A DNA stretch of 64,000 bases from NCBI GenBank assembly GCA_016839705.1, contig JAEOTR010000019.1, forward strand, positions 1-64,000. The letters are read 5' to 3'. A program made the translations under genes and the position numbers. This document shows, one piece after another, positions 50,548 to 60,548 of the stretch (position 1 is the first letter of the stretch; each line of letters opens with the position of its first letter). This DNA comes from Promethearchaeota archaeon (GTDB taxonomy: Archaea > Asgardarchaeota > Lokiarchaeia > Sigyniarchaeales > SOKP01). The notes beneath the pieces are model-generated. The model did not search any database. It saw only the letters and a list, made by a program, of their open reading frames with translations, and had not been told where the DNA came from.

Positions 50548-51537
50548 TTACCATACCAGTTGTTCATATTTACATTTAGTACATTGAATTTCCTCTCCTT
50601 TTTTTGGAAAATAAGGGAGATTGGCTCCACAATACTTGCATTCTAAATCGTGTATATCGTCGAGATTATTTATGATTTCTCTAGTTAAAAGTTGTTTTTT
50701 AAATTCATTTGATAATGACGTTAAAAATGAAATAAGCACATGATGGTTTTTCGAGGTGCCGATTATTTCTACCTTATATGATGCAATCTGCCCAATTATT
50801 AATACATCATCTGTCGATTCTAAATCAGATCCAAAATACCAAAAGATTCTTCTTTCTGGATCCTTTGTTATTAATTGAAGGCTTTTTCTTAAGAAAACCT
50901 GTTCTAAGATATTGAAATATAAATCGGAATTATAATTTCCTAATGCTCCAATCCCTAAGCTTTTTATTGCTCTTTTCATTTCGGGAATTTGGGAAAATTC
51001 TCCGATATAAGAACTTGGGATTATCTTAGGATTAATAGTTATATTATCTAATTTTACATTAATCGGTTCTGAATTAAGGACCCGTATAAAATCTTTGTTA
51101 TTCACAAAGGTGACTATTGATCTTATCTCTCCTTCTCTTCCTAAAAAGAGAGGAGTAAAATGTAAATTAATTTGCTTTTTGCCTCTTTCGTTTAATTCAT
51201 CAAATTCAAGAGTTATTTTTGTTTCTTCCCCTTCTTCAATCGGTTCGGGAATGTATATAGTAGGAGGATAGCTTCTCGTGAGTGTTAAGAAATTTGAATA
51301 GTAAGTCTTAATTTTTACTTCGGTTATTGGCGCCATACTTTCATTTACTAATTGGATTGAAAGAACATAATGCCCACCATAGGGTTTAAATTCATGTAAT
51401 AGTAATATTTTATTTTCCTGATCAAAAGTTTCAAATGAATATTTAGGAAACTCTTTACTTTTCTTTTCTGCTTTACTTTTAAAAACCACGAGATTTTGTG
51501 TCAGATCTGGGCTTATACCATTTCTTTTTTCCTTCAT
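50548..51537 (-). CDS. Ig-sandwich plus platform (adaptin/BBSome appendage-like) protein with C-terminal zinc ribbon
   Basis: Beta pattern IQLVNES..ITEVKI..INLHFTP..IRSIVTF, linker INPKIIPSSYIGEF, alpha/beta segment, CKYC..CTKC. Confidence 0.45.
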   Translation of the reverse strand: MKEKRNGISPDLTQNLVVFKSKAEKKSKEFPKYSFETFDQENKILLLHEFKPYGGHYVLSIQLVNESMAPITEVKIKTYYSNFLTLTRSYPPTIYIPEPIEEGEETKITLEFDELNERGKKQINLHFTPLFLGREGEIRSIVTFVNNKDFIRVLNSEPINVKLDNITINPKIIPSSYIGEFSQIPEMKRAIKSLGIGALGNYNSDLYFNILEQVFLRKSLQLITKDPERRIFWYFGSDLESTDDVLIIGQIASYKVEIIGTSKNHHVLISFLTSLSNEFKKQLLTREIINNLDDIHDLECKYCGANLPYFPKKGEEIQCTKCKYEQLVW

Positions 51538-51668
51538 AATAGATGAAGATGATTGTTAATTGTCAAGTTTGATTTGAATTTCTAAATTTCGATAAATAAT
51601 AATACGACAATTTGATTTATATATTTTTTAATATTAATTTTTTTACTTTCATTACTTACTTAATCCTA

Positions 51669-52346
51669 GTGATATATAAAGAATTAGAAGCATTATTTGA
51701 AAGCTCTACAATTAAACCTTCATTTGAGGAAGTTCATGTTATATTGAGTTTATTTATATTTGATGAGCATCGGGAAGGAATTGGAAGATATCGCTTACAG
51801 AAAGAATTATTAATTGGTGAAGGAACAGCTAAATCCTTAATTAAAAAACTTAATGAAAAAACAAGATTTTTAATTGTAACTGACAGAGGGAAACGAAAAG
51901 GACATATACTTACAGAAAAAGGGAATAATTTTTTAATTGAAATTAAGAAGAATATACCGATATTAAGAGAAGGAGATCTATCTATGTTGAGGAGTATTAT
52001 AATCATCGAATCGTCCAACATTAACCCATACTTTTGTTTAATAAAAAGCGCTGCAGAAAATATTACAAATGGAATTGAACAAAGAGATGCTGCAATTAAA
52101 GTTGGAGGGAGCGGTGCAACTTGTCTTATTTATAATGGAAAAAATTTGGTATTTCCTTCACGTTTAGATTCCGATGATTCCTTTAATATCATAAAAGATG
52201 ATATTCTTAACTATTTTAAAAAGGAGATTACCAAAAACAAAATTAACTTAGAGAAAAATGATGTTATCATTATTGGTTTAGGAGAAAATACACAAAAGTC
52301 GAGATTGGCAGCATTAAATTCTGCCCTAACATTGATAGGAAGTTAG
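51669..52346 (+). CDS. DUF4443-like winged-helix protein
   Basis: IGRYRL..EL.IGEGTAKSL, GIEQRDAAIKVGGSGAT; GTG 51669 preferred as start. Confidence 0.75.
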   Translation: MIYKELEALFESSTIKPSFEEVHVILSLFIFDEHREGIGRYRLQKELLIGEGTAKSLIKKLNEKTRFLIVTDRGKRKGHILTEKGNNFLIEIKKNIPILREGDLSMLRSIIIIESSNINPYFCLIKSAAENITNGIEQRDAAIKVGGSGATCLIYNGKNLVFPSRLDSDDSFNIIKDDILNYFKKEITKNKINLEKNDVIIIGLGENTQKSRLAALNSALTLIGS

Positions 52347-52362
52347 AGGTTATTAGTAATTT

Positions 52363-52860
52363 ATGAAGAGAGAAAATGATATAAAGTTAATCCTCCCATT
52401 AAGCATTGTAGAGGAATTAAAAACGTGTAATAGAAAGGCATTACCAATAGAATCGTGTGGATTAATTTTCGGAGAAATTGCTGAAGTTGAAATTAATCTT
52501 GAAAAGCGTCAAATTCATTATAGAGGAAAGCGATTTTATTGTATAAAATCAAATGTTGAATCTTTAGGATCTTTTAATTTAATCCAGGATTCAGATAAGT
52601 ATTTTGAAATACATCAAGAAGCTGTGATAAGAAATAAGTTAAGAATGATAAGTATTTTTCATTCTCACCCGGTTCCGGCATATCCAAGTTCTATCGATGT
52701 AGAGAATATGAAATTCCTCGATAAAGATATTGGGAAAGTTAAAAATCCATTTAAAAATCAAATTTGGACGATAATGAATATGGAAACAGAAGAAATTAAC
52801 GGGTTTATTTATTTTAATGAAGAATTAATGCAAATTGATTTACAAATACGAAAGAATTAG
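52363..52860 (+). CDS. JAMM/MPN+ metalloprotease
   Basis: ESCG..FHSHP..PSSID. Confidence 0.9.
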   Translation: MKRENDIKLILPLSIVEELKTCNRKALPIESCGLIFGEIAEVEINLEKRQIHYRGKRFYCIKSNVESLGSFNLIQDSDKYFEIHQEAVIRNKLRMISIFHSHPVPAYPSSIDVENMKFLDKDIGKVKNPFKNQIWTIMNMETEEINGFIYFNEELMQIDLQIRKN

Positions 52861-52874
52861 TGTAAAAAAACAAT

Positions 52875-53516
52875 TTATTGAACCTGTTTATAACCAGCCT
52901 GATCTATGGTACATAATTGAATCGCGAAACCACTACCCGCATCCCTCTCTTTTGAACTTGTGATTGCAGTTTTTATTAACTCTACTCCATCTGATTTAGA
53001 CATGTCTGGCTTCCAATCCGCTTCTAACACTCCTAATGAAAAAGGTGAGCCTGAACCGAAGGATATAAAACTGTCCTCTTCATACAAGGTTCCTAACATG
53101 TCTATACCATAGAGTTTACCTAATTTTTCCGTTTGTGAATAACCACCAACAATCATCATGCTCATGAAAAAACTTCTACCACTAAATAGTATATTGCGGC
53201 AAACGCTAGCCATATATTTAGGACCAGGAACTACTTCTTCCTCTACTTCCTTTATTTTTGAAAGAGCCCGTAATTGGTTTACAACATACTGACAGTCTGC
53301 AACCCCTCCGGCGATGGTAGCTGCTGTAAAATTATTAATTTCAAACAATTTCTGAGCTTGTTTTGAGGCAACGAGAAAACCTCCAGACGCTTGGCTCTCG
53401 GTACCAATCACTACACCATCTTTAACGATGATTCCAACTGTGGTTGTGCCCGTTTGAATAGCTTTAGCAAGTTCCTTTTCATTGATAATGTGATTATTTA
53501 TATTATTATTTATCAT
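52875..53516 (-). CDS. psmB: Proteasome subunit beta
   Basis: TG-TTTVG propeptide junction, AGGVAD, GSGS, RDAGSG. Confidence 0.95.
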   Translation of the reverse strand: MINNNINNHIINEKELAKAIQTGTTTVGIIVKDGVVIGTESQASGGFLVASKQAQKLFEINNFTAATIAGGVADCQYVVNQLRALSKIKEVEEEVVPGPKYMASVCRNILFSGRSFFMSMMIVGGYSQTEKLGKLYGIDMLGTLYEEDSFISFGSGSPFSLGVLEADWKPDMSKSDGVELIKTAITSSKERDAGSGFAIQLCTIDQAGYKQVQ

Positions 53517-53698
53517 TTTTTTCTAGGTAATATCTGTTATAATCAATAACTAAAGATTGATATGTTATGATAGATAAAAGTTATTTCTATATTTATTTTT
53601 CCTTAATAGATCATAATTTAGTTCGCATTTTAAAAAAATTTTAAAGATATCGTTCGTTATCAATAACATTCAGTAAAAATCTTTTTAGTTATAATACC

Positions 53699-54082
53699 AT
53701 GGCAAGGTCTCACGCGAGGAGCAAACGTAAATATACCGGAAAGAAATATAGGCATTTTAGGAAGAAAAGAAAAAGAGAACTTTCTCGCCCTACAGTAGAT
53801 ACGGTTGTTGGGGAGGATAAGAAAAAAAAGCAAAGAACTCTTGGTGGAAATGCTAAGATTAAATTATTTTCTACAAATTTTATAAATGTGACTGACCCAA
53901 ATACTAATAAGACGTCAAAAGTTAGAATCTTAGGATTTGAAAGTAACGCTGCTTCAAAAGATTTGAATAGAAGACATATTTTAACAAAAGGAGCAATTGT
54001 TGAGACTGAATTAGGGAATGCAAAAATAACTAGTCGACCAGGACAGCATGGTACCCTTGATGGGATTCTTATTTTAAGTTAA
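53699..54082 (+). CDS. rps8e: 30S ribosomal protein S8e
   Basis: RSKRKYTG, RKREL, LTKGAIVETELG.A.ITSRPGQHG. Confidence 0.97.
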   Translation: MARSHARSKRKYTGKKYRHFRKKRKRELSRPTVDTVVGEDKKKKQRTLGGNAKIKLFSTNFINVTDPNTNKTSKVRILGFESNAASKDLNRRHILTKGAIVETELGNAKITSRPGQHGTLDGILILS

Positions 54083-54099
54083 AATTTGATAAATTATTC

Positions 54100-54471
54100 T
54101 TATTCTTGAATTTTAATATTTTTAACGTTGGCTTTTTTACCTTCAGTTATCTCAGTATTATTACTTCCACAATGCGAGCATTGAAATAATTGTAATCCCG
54201 TTAATTGAGCCTCTTTTGTTATAGAAACGACGGTGTCTTTATTACACTCTCGACATTTAATTTTACCTGGAGTCATTTTGATTGTTAATTTAGCTCCTTC
54301 GGCAATTGAGCCTTTAGTAGCCATCTCAAATGATCGCTGAAGTAGTTCAGGTACAATAAGAGTTAATTCACCAATTTCTAGAAGAACCTCTGTTATTTTT
54401 TTGGCTTTATACTTAATTGCCGTAGCCTCAGCTACTTTAAAGATGTTATAAGCGAATGAAAATTCGTGCAT
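54100..54471 (-). CDS. hypA: Hydrogenase nickel metallochaperone HypA
   Basis: MHEFS, CREC, CSHCGS. Confidence 0.95.
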   Translation of the reverse strand: MHEFSFAYNIFKVAEATAIKYKAKKITEVLLEIGELTLIVPELLQRSFEMATKGSIAEGAKLTIKMTPGKIKCRECNKDTVVSITKEAQLTGLQLFQCSHCGSNNTEITEGKKANVKNIKIQE

Positions 54472-54480
54472 GATAATCCT

Positions 54481-54777
54481 TTAAGATTTTGAGTGTAATT
54501 TCCTAATTTCCTTAGCAACTTCAAGCAATATTTTAGATTTTTTCTTTCCTTTTGCGTCTAAAACTACCCTACCCGGATCATCCCACCATGTTCTAGAATA
54601 TTTATATCCTTGTTCAATAGTCGCATTGTATCCTAGATTCTTCGCTGCTTTGGCAATATCACTAGTAGTAACTTTATCTAGCGCAAATTTTTTTGGCAAT
54701 CTTCTCCCTTTACTTCGACTTCTCTTCCCATCAAAGTATTGTGGCCAGAAAATTAAGAAGGGTTTTCGTAATCTCAT
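54481..54777 (-). CDS. srp19: Signal recognition particle protein SRP19
   Basis: WPQYFD..SRSKGRR, YSRTWW..GRV. Confidence 0.95.
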   Translation of the reverse strand: MRLRKPFLIFWPQYFDGKRSRSKGRRLPKKFALDKVTTSDIAKAAKNLGYNATIEQGYKYSRTWWDDPGRVVLDAKGKKKSKILLEVAKEIRKLHSKS

Positions 54778-54918
54778 AAAATTATCAAATGAGTGAGTTT
54801 TATAGGAAAAAACAATATGATAAAAAACTCTTTAACTAATATAAAAATTATTAGTTAAAATTATAGATTCCTCAGAAATAAATATTAATTAAGCACATTT
54901 ACTATTCCTTATAATAAT

Positions 54919-56487
54919 TTGGAAAAGAAACCCAACATGAATTTAAGAGAATTAGTGGAAAATCAAGCGAAAAAATACAAGAACAAGACCTTTTTGTTCT
55001 GGGAAGATTCTAAAATTTCATATTCTCAACTGAATGACTTAACTAATAAAGTAGCGAATTTTTTATATGAGTTGGGAATAAGAAAAGGAGATAAAGTAAG
55101 TGTTTACTTACCAAATATGCTTGAATATGTTTACCTTTATTTAGGCATTCCCAAAATTGGGGCAATTACTGGTCCGGTAAATGCTTTGTTTAAAACTCGA
55201 GAGGTAACATTCGTAATTGAACATTCAGAAGCGAAGGCTATAATAACAATCCCAGAACTCATGGATATAGTCAATGAAATAAGGAATGATCTTCCTAATT
55301 TGAAACATGTAATTGTAATAGGAGAACAAGTTGAGAATTCGCTTAACTTTTGGAAACTAATGGATAAAGCTTCAAATGATGCGCCTCCTAAGATAGAGAT
55401 TAATGAAAAGGAGGATATAGCAGCTATTCTTTATACGTCAGGTACTACCGGATTCCCTAAAGGTGTTTTACAAACTCATTTTAATATTCGGAGAAATGCA
55501 GAAATGACACGAGATTACCTAAATCCCACTGAGGATTTTCGATTTATGCTCATTTTACCGTTATTTCATGTCAATGCTCAAATTGTTACTGTTATGACTC
55601 CCTTCTTAGCAGGTGCTAGTTGTATTTTAACTCGTGGTTTTTCAGCCCAAACTCATTGGGAAACTGTAGCAAAGTATAAAGCATCAACCTTTAGTGCTGT
55701 TCCAACAGTGCTTTCTATCTTGCTTAAAATGCCACATGAAAATTTAGATTTATCTTCTTTAAAGTTTGTAGTTTGTGGAGCAGCCCCATTACCAGTAGAG
55801 GTATTTAGAGAGTTCGAAACAACTTTCAATTGTAAAGTTGTTGAAGGTTATGGTCTTACCGAAGGAACGTGTGTTTCTTCAGTAAATCCGTTACCCACGG
55901 AATCTGAAGATAGACGTAAAATAGGAAGTATCGGATTAGCTATACCCGGTAATGAAATGAAAATCGTAGATAATGAAGGTAATGATGTCCCTCCAAACAC
56001 TAAAGGGGAGATCCTTATTAAAGGTGATAATGTTATGAAAGAATATTTTAAAAATCCCGAAGCAAATGCTCAAACACTTAAAGATGGATGGTTATACACT
56101 GGAGATATAGGCCACATGGATGAAGATGGATTTTTCTTTATAACAGATCGTAAAAAAGATATGATAATTCGAGGTGGTGAAAATATATACCCAAGGGAAA
56201 TCGAAGAAGTCCTTTACTCACACCCGGATGTTTCTTTAGCAACGGTTATTGGAGTGCGAGATAAAATTTATGGAGAACTTCCTAAAGCGTTTGTAGTATT
56301 GAAAGAAGGAAAATCTACATCACCAGAAGAAATCATCGAGTACTGTAAAAAGAATCTTGCCAATTTTAAAGTCCCAAAATATGTAGAATTTAAAGAAGAC
56401 TTACCGAAGACACCTACAGGGAAAATAATGAAGGAACCATTAAGAGAAGAGGAAGAGCAAAAAACGGGGAAAATTTTCAATTCCTAA
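54919..56487 (+). CDS. Long-chain fatty-acid-CoA ligase
   Basis: YTSGTTGFPKG, EGYGLTE, TGD, RGGENIYP, PKTPTGK. Confidence 0.93.
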   Translation: MEKKPNMNLRELVENQAKKYKNKTFLFWEDSKISYSQLNDLTNKVANFLYELGIRKGDKVSVYLPNMLEYVYLYLGIPKIGAITGPVNALFKTREVTFVIEHSEAKAIITIPELMDIVNEIRNDLPNLKHVIVIGEQVENSLNFWKLMDKASNDAPPKIEINEKEDIAAILYTSGTTGFPKGVLQTHFNIRRNAEMTRDYLNPTEDFRFMLILPLFHVNAQIVTVMTPFLAGASCILTRGFSAQTHWETVAKYKASTFSAVPTVLSILLKMPHENLDLSSLKFVVCGAAPLPVEVFREFETTFNCKVVEGYGLTEGTCVSSVNPLPTESEDRRKIGSIGLAIPGNEMKIVDNEGNDVPPNTKGEILIKGDNVMKEYFKNPEANAQTLKDGWLYTGDIGHMDEDGFFFITDRKKDMIIRGGENIYPREIEEVLYSHPDVSLATVIGVRDKIYGELPKAFVVLKEGKSTSPEEIIEYCKKNLANFKVPKYVEFKEDLPKTPTGKIMKEPLREEEEQKTGKIFNS

Positions 56488-56600
56488 GTTTTTTTTATTG
56501 ATAATTAAAGATAAATAGAATTCATGATTTTTCTTATCACCGCATTAAACTAGACTATAAAAAATACTTATACGTTAACTGATTGCTCGCATTTTCAAAA

Positions 56601-56704
56601 GGGAGGGTAGTCTAGCTTGGTATGATACTCGGCTGGGGGCCGAGAGATCGCTTAAGGTCTAAGCGATGAGGTAATGGTCGAGGGTTCGAATCCCTCCTCT
56701 CCCA
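56601..56704 (+). tRNA. tRNA-Pro(GGG) with about 30-nt insertion (probable intron, about 56645-56674) in the variable region
   Basis: Acceptor GGGAGGG/CTCTCCC + A73; anticodon arm CTCGG-CTGGGGG-CCGAG; T arm GAGGG-TTCGAAT-CCCTC; insert contains hairpin ATCGCTTA/TAAGCGAT. Confidence 0.9.
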
Positions 56705-56788
56705 TTCACAATCATTATAGTAAGATCTTGAATTTTTTAAATTCTTCTATAATATTGGTAGGTTTATAAGGTCATCCATACTAAGAAT

Positions 56789-58312
56789 CTAAAAATCAAA
56801 ATTTAATATTCTCGGTCTAGCATTAACCTCTTCTCTTAGTTTTTCAAACTCTCTTTCTAGTTTTAGTATTTCTTTTGGGTAGTTTTTGAAAAACCATTTA
56901 GGTTTGTTTTGGAGAAACATTCTTTCTACTAAAACATCATAATGTGATTTTCCTCTTAAGCTTGTGAGTTTTGAAATATCCTCAGATTTTAATTTACCTT
57001 TTTTAACTAAATCCATCCGTGCCATGAATTGATCTTTAAGTTTAATCCTTCTTAGAATTATTGAAATTGCAAAAGAAATCTTTTCCATGATTGATTCTAG
57101 TTTTGATTCGTCCATGTATTGAAATTCTTCAATTTGAAGCAAGAAATTTCGAATTTTTTTTATCATCGAACTCTTATTATAATAACTAACTACAACTTTG
57201 GGATTAATAATTTCTGACAAATACTTGATGACTCTATTTCTAATATCAAAATCTATGCGTATACTTGCCATTTCTTTTTCAAGTTTATCTAAAAATTTTC
57301 TCTTTAGGTACTGTTTGAATTTTATTACAATAGCTTCAGTTTCTTTCTGATCTGAGCAAATTTCAATGACTTCACCTTTAGGAGTAGAATAGGTGAATCC
57401 TAAACCCTCGGGGCCTGTTCCCCCAATCAGAACCATTGATAAACTATAAAAATTATAATTATCTTTATTCAAAATACTAGCTTTATGTTGCTTGATGATG
57501 TCGGGGTAAACAATATGGATTTCACGAAACCTTTGAAATCCACCTCTGTATATCCTATAATGGTCAATGGGACTAAATTCTAAAAATATCATGTCCTCCT
57601 GTAGACTGGTTACTTTTTGTTTTTCCTCAACTTTCTTAATAAAATCTTCTACGCGTCCTAAATTCCTAACAACTAAATCATAGATTGAGTACCCGTCGGT
57701 CCAGTTTCTTAAAGAATTTGGATTCATCAAAAATCTGTGTCCTCTGGGGTTTTTCAACATATCTCTTATCCACTTCACATAATCATAAGGCATTACTTTA
57801 CAGACATAATAAATTAACGAATCTGAGACAGTCCTAAATAATTCTTTTAAGTTGACAGCAAGTAATTTATCGTTATCTTTAATATATTGTATTATTTTTA
57901 ATTCTTCAGCGTTAAAATTTCTCTCGAATAAGTTGTATTTATTAAAAAAGCTAACAAGTTCAATAATTCTACTTCTGAGTCCATTTTTAAGACCATCTAT
58001 ATGTAATTCACTTATGATTCCCTCAACATCGATGTTGGAGACATCAATAAAGATACCTAGTTTATCAGAATAATCAAAAAGCTGAGCAACAACCTCTTTC
58101 GACTTAAAAAAGTTATCTTTCATTGAAATGAGGTGCTCTGATATCGCTTCATAATAAACTTTTTCAAGATTTGCTCTGAATTGATTATAGTTTTTCGAAT
58201 TGATAAGGTTGTAAGGTTGGTTTTCTGTAAATTGATCAACAAGGTTTATGAATTTAGAGATGGATTCCGATTTTAATGCCTTGATAAGTGCTTGAAATTG
58301 TGATGAATGCAT
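56789..58312 (-). CDS. Hypothetical protein, paralog of 58476..59987
   Basis: Shared core SMVLxGGxGPxGLGFTYSTPxGExxEICSDQKE and LTSLRGKSHYDVL. Confidence 0.8.
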   Translation of the reverse strand: MHSSQFQALIKALKSESISKFINLVDQFTENQPYNLINSKNYNQFRANLEKVYYEAISEHLISMKDNFFKSKEVVAQLFDYSDKLGIFIDVSNIDVEGIISELHIDGLKNGLRSRIIELVSFFNKYNLFERNFNAEELKIIQYIKDNDKLLAVNLKELFRTVSDSLIYYVCKVMPYDYVKWIRDMLKNPRGHRFLMNPNSLRNWTDGYSIYDLVVRNLGRVEDFIKKVEEKQKVTSLQEDMIFLEFSPIDHYRIYRGGFQRFREIHIVYPDIIKQHKASILNKDNYNFYSLSMVLIGGTGPEGLGFTYSTPKGEVIEICSDQKETEAIVIKFKQYLKRKFLDKLEKEMASIRIDFDIRNRVIKYLSEIINPKVVVSYYNKSSMIKKIRNFLLQIEEFQYMDESKLESIMEKISFAISIILRRIKLKDQFMARMDLVKKGKLKSEDISKLTSLRGKSHYDVLVERMFLQNKPKWFFKNYPKEILKLEREFEKLREEVNARPRILNFDF

Positions 58313-58475
58313 AATTAAATAATAATTTAATGATAAAAGAGAATTTATAAAATAATTAAACTAGTGGTGTTGAAGATCATTATTTAATTTGATTAAAATA
58401 AGCATCTTCTAATTATTTATAGAGAGCTAAATAATAACATTCATCCCGATTTTCCACAATTTTATTAAAATCTTC

Positions 58476-59987
58476 TTATAATGTTAAAAATTTATTATTA
58501 AGTTCTTCTATTTCCTTAGCATAATCCTTGAAAAACCAATTTATTTCATTTTGAAAGAAAAATCTTTCCCTTAAAACATCATAGTGAGATTTTCCTCTTA
58601 GGCTTGTTAGTTTAGCGATATCCTCAGATTTAATTTTACCTTCTTCCACTAATTCCATTCGAGTTATGAACTGATCTTTCACTTTAATATCTCTAAGGAT
58701 TATAGAAATAGCTTCAGTTATTTTACTTAAAATCTTATCCCGTTCAGATTTATAATCATGTTGAAATTCATCAATCTGATAAAGAAAATTTTTGATCCTT
58801 CTTAAGATCCGATCCTTATCATAGTAGCTGATCAAATTTTTTGGATTAAGAGTTTTGAATAAATAATCTAACACGTTTAATCTTACATTTTCTTTAATAC
58901 CTAAATTCTCCATTTCTTTTTCTAATTTAGCTAAAAATTTTTTTTTTAAATACTGCTTATATTTTATAATTATAGCTTCATTTTCTTTTTGATCTGAGCA
59001 AATTTCAACGATTTCCCCTCTGGGGGTAGAATAAGTGAAGCCTAAGCCTTGTGGCCCTAAACCACCAAGAAGTACCATGGAGATACTGTAAAATTTATAC
59101 TTATCTTTTTCCAAAATTTTATCCTTGTTTTTTAAAATGGTCTCTGGATTCACAAAATGTTTTTTGATTTCATGAAATTCATGGTCCTCATCATCTCCAA
59201 AATAGAAAGTGCGATAAATGATATTAAATTCTAGGAGTTTCTTACTGCCATCATAGTTCTTTTCAAAGTTATCAATAAATTGTTGCACAGAACCCAGATT
59301 CCTTACACTCAACCCATACATAGCATACCAATCAGTCCATGTTTTTAAATAATTTAAACTGTATCTACCTCTCAATTCTGACCGATATTCATGATTATTT
59401 AGATAAAATCTTACTCTTTCTTTGTTTGATAAAAGAAGATCATAAGGCATAACTTTGCATGAATAATAAACTAATGAATCCGAGACATGCCCAAATAAAT
59501 CTTTTAAATTAGCAATTAGAGCTTTATCATTCTTTCTAATTGTGTTAATTATTTCTAATTCATCTTTAGAAATTTTTTTCTCAAATAAATTATATTTATT
59601 AAAAAATCGTATAAATACAAAAACCCTACCAATCAAACCTTTTTGCATACCATCCAAATGCAATTCTGCCATAATTTTAAATCTAAAGGGAATTTTTTTA
59701 ACTTCAAGAAATATCCCCATCTTATCAGACATATTAATCAACTGACTAAACTCATTAAATATTACTACTTCATCACCCGTACCTCTATAATAAGATAATA
59801 ATGTAAGCAATTTCGAAAGAGCTAAATAATAACATTTTTCTTTATTATCACTAATTTTTTCAAAATCTTCTGAATCATTCAGATTTAAGAATTCCATTTC
59901 TTTGTAGTAAAGGAAAAAGTCTTCAAATTGAGAGATATCTCCGGTTGTGATTGTTTTAATAAGTGCTTGTAATGTATCCGAAGGCAT
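58476..59987 (-). CDS. Hypothetical protein, paralog of 56789..58312
   Basis: Same conserved blocks, colinear over the full length. Confidence 0.8.
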   Translation of the reverse strand: MPSDTLQALIKTITTGDISQFEDFFLYYKEMEFLNLNDSEDFEKISDNKEKCYYLALSKLLTLLSYYRGTGDEVVIFNEFSQLINMSDKMGIFLEVKKIPFRFKIMAELHLDGMQKGLIGRVFVFIRFFNKYNLFEKKISKDELEIINTIRKNDKALIANLKDLFGHVSDSLVYYSCKVMPYDLLLSNKERVRFYLNNHEYRSELRGRYSLNYLKTWTDWYAMYGLSVRNLGSVQQFIDNFEKNYDGSKKLLEFNIIYRTFYFGDDEDHEFHEIKKHFVNPETILKNKDKILEKDKYKFYSISMVLLGGLGPQGLGFTYSTPRGEIVEICSDQKENEAIIIKYKQYLKKKFLAKLEKEMENLGIKENVRLNVLDYLFKTLNPKNLISYYDKDRILRRIKNFLYQIDEFQHDYKSERDKILSKITEAISIILRDIKVKDQFITRMELVEEGKIKSEDIAKLTSLRGKSHYDVLRERFFFQNEINWFFKDYAKEIEELNNKFLTL

Positions 59988-60174
59988 GATTAAACGCTAA
60001 TAAAATAGGATTTTATATATTAAAATTTAATTCTAATTGATTATTAAAAATAAGATATTGTTGCTTTTTATTTAATTCGATTAGTTTTAAACATTTTTTA
60101 ATTATTATAAGTTTTTAAGGGTTGTTGATCTTTTTTTTATTTAAAAATTAATTAATATTAAATTGTGATTAGAC

Positions 60175-60474
60175 ATGAGTGAAATACAAGAAACAGATAA
60201 ATTAATGCGAATCGCAGCAATTATTGGTGGAATTGTTGCAATAGTAGAATCCTTTTTAGAATTAATAGGCTTTGGATTAATGCCATGGGGATTTGGTTGG
60301 ATAGGTGGACTTCTTGGACTCTTATTTGCGATACTAGTAATTCTCTTAGGGATTAGACCAATTCACTATGCACCAGTTTTTATAGGAATTTTAGGAATAC
60401 TATTGTTAATATTTGCAATTTTGATAGGAGGAATAATAATATTAATTGCGACAATATTAGGTGCTATTAGTTAG
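60175..60474 (+). CDS. Small Gly-rich membrane protein
   Basis: 99 aa, 3-4 hydrophobic segments. Confidence 0.7.
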   Translation: MSEIQETDKLMRIAAIIGGIVAIVESFLELIGFGLMPWGFGWIGGLLGLLFAILVILLGIRPIHYAPVFIGILGILLLIFAILIGGIIILIATILGAIS

Positions 60475-60548
60475 CCAATTTTTACTTTTTTCTTTTTTTT
60501 TAATAAATCTCAATTTTGCTAATAGAAAGATATAATCGAGGTTAAAAA

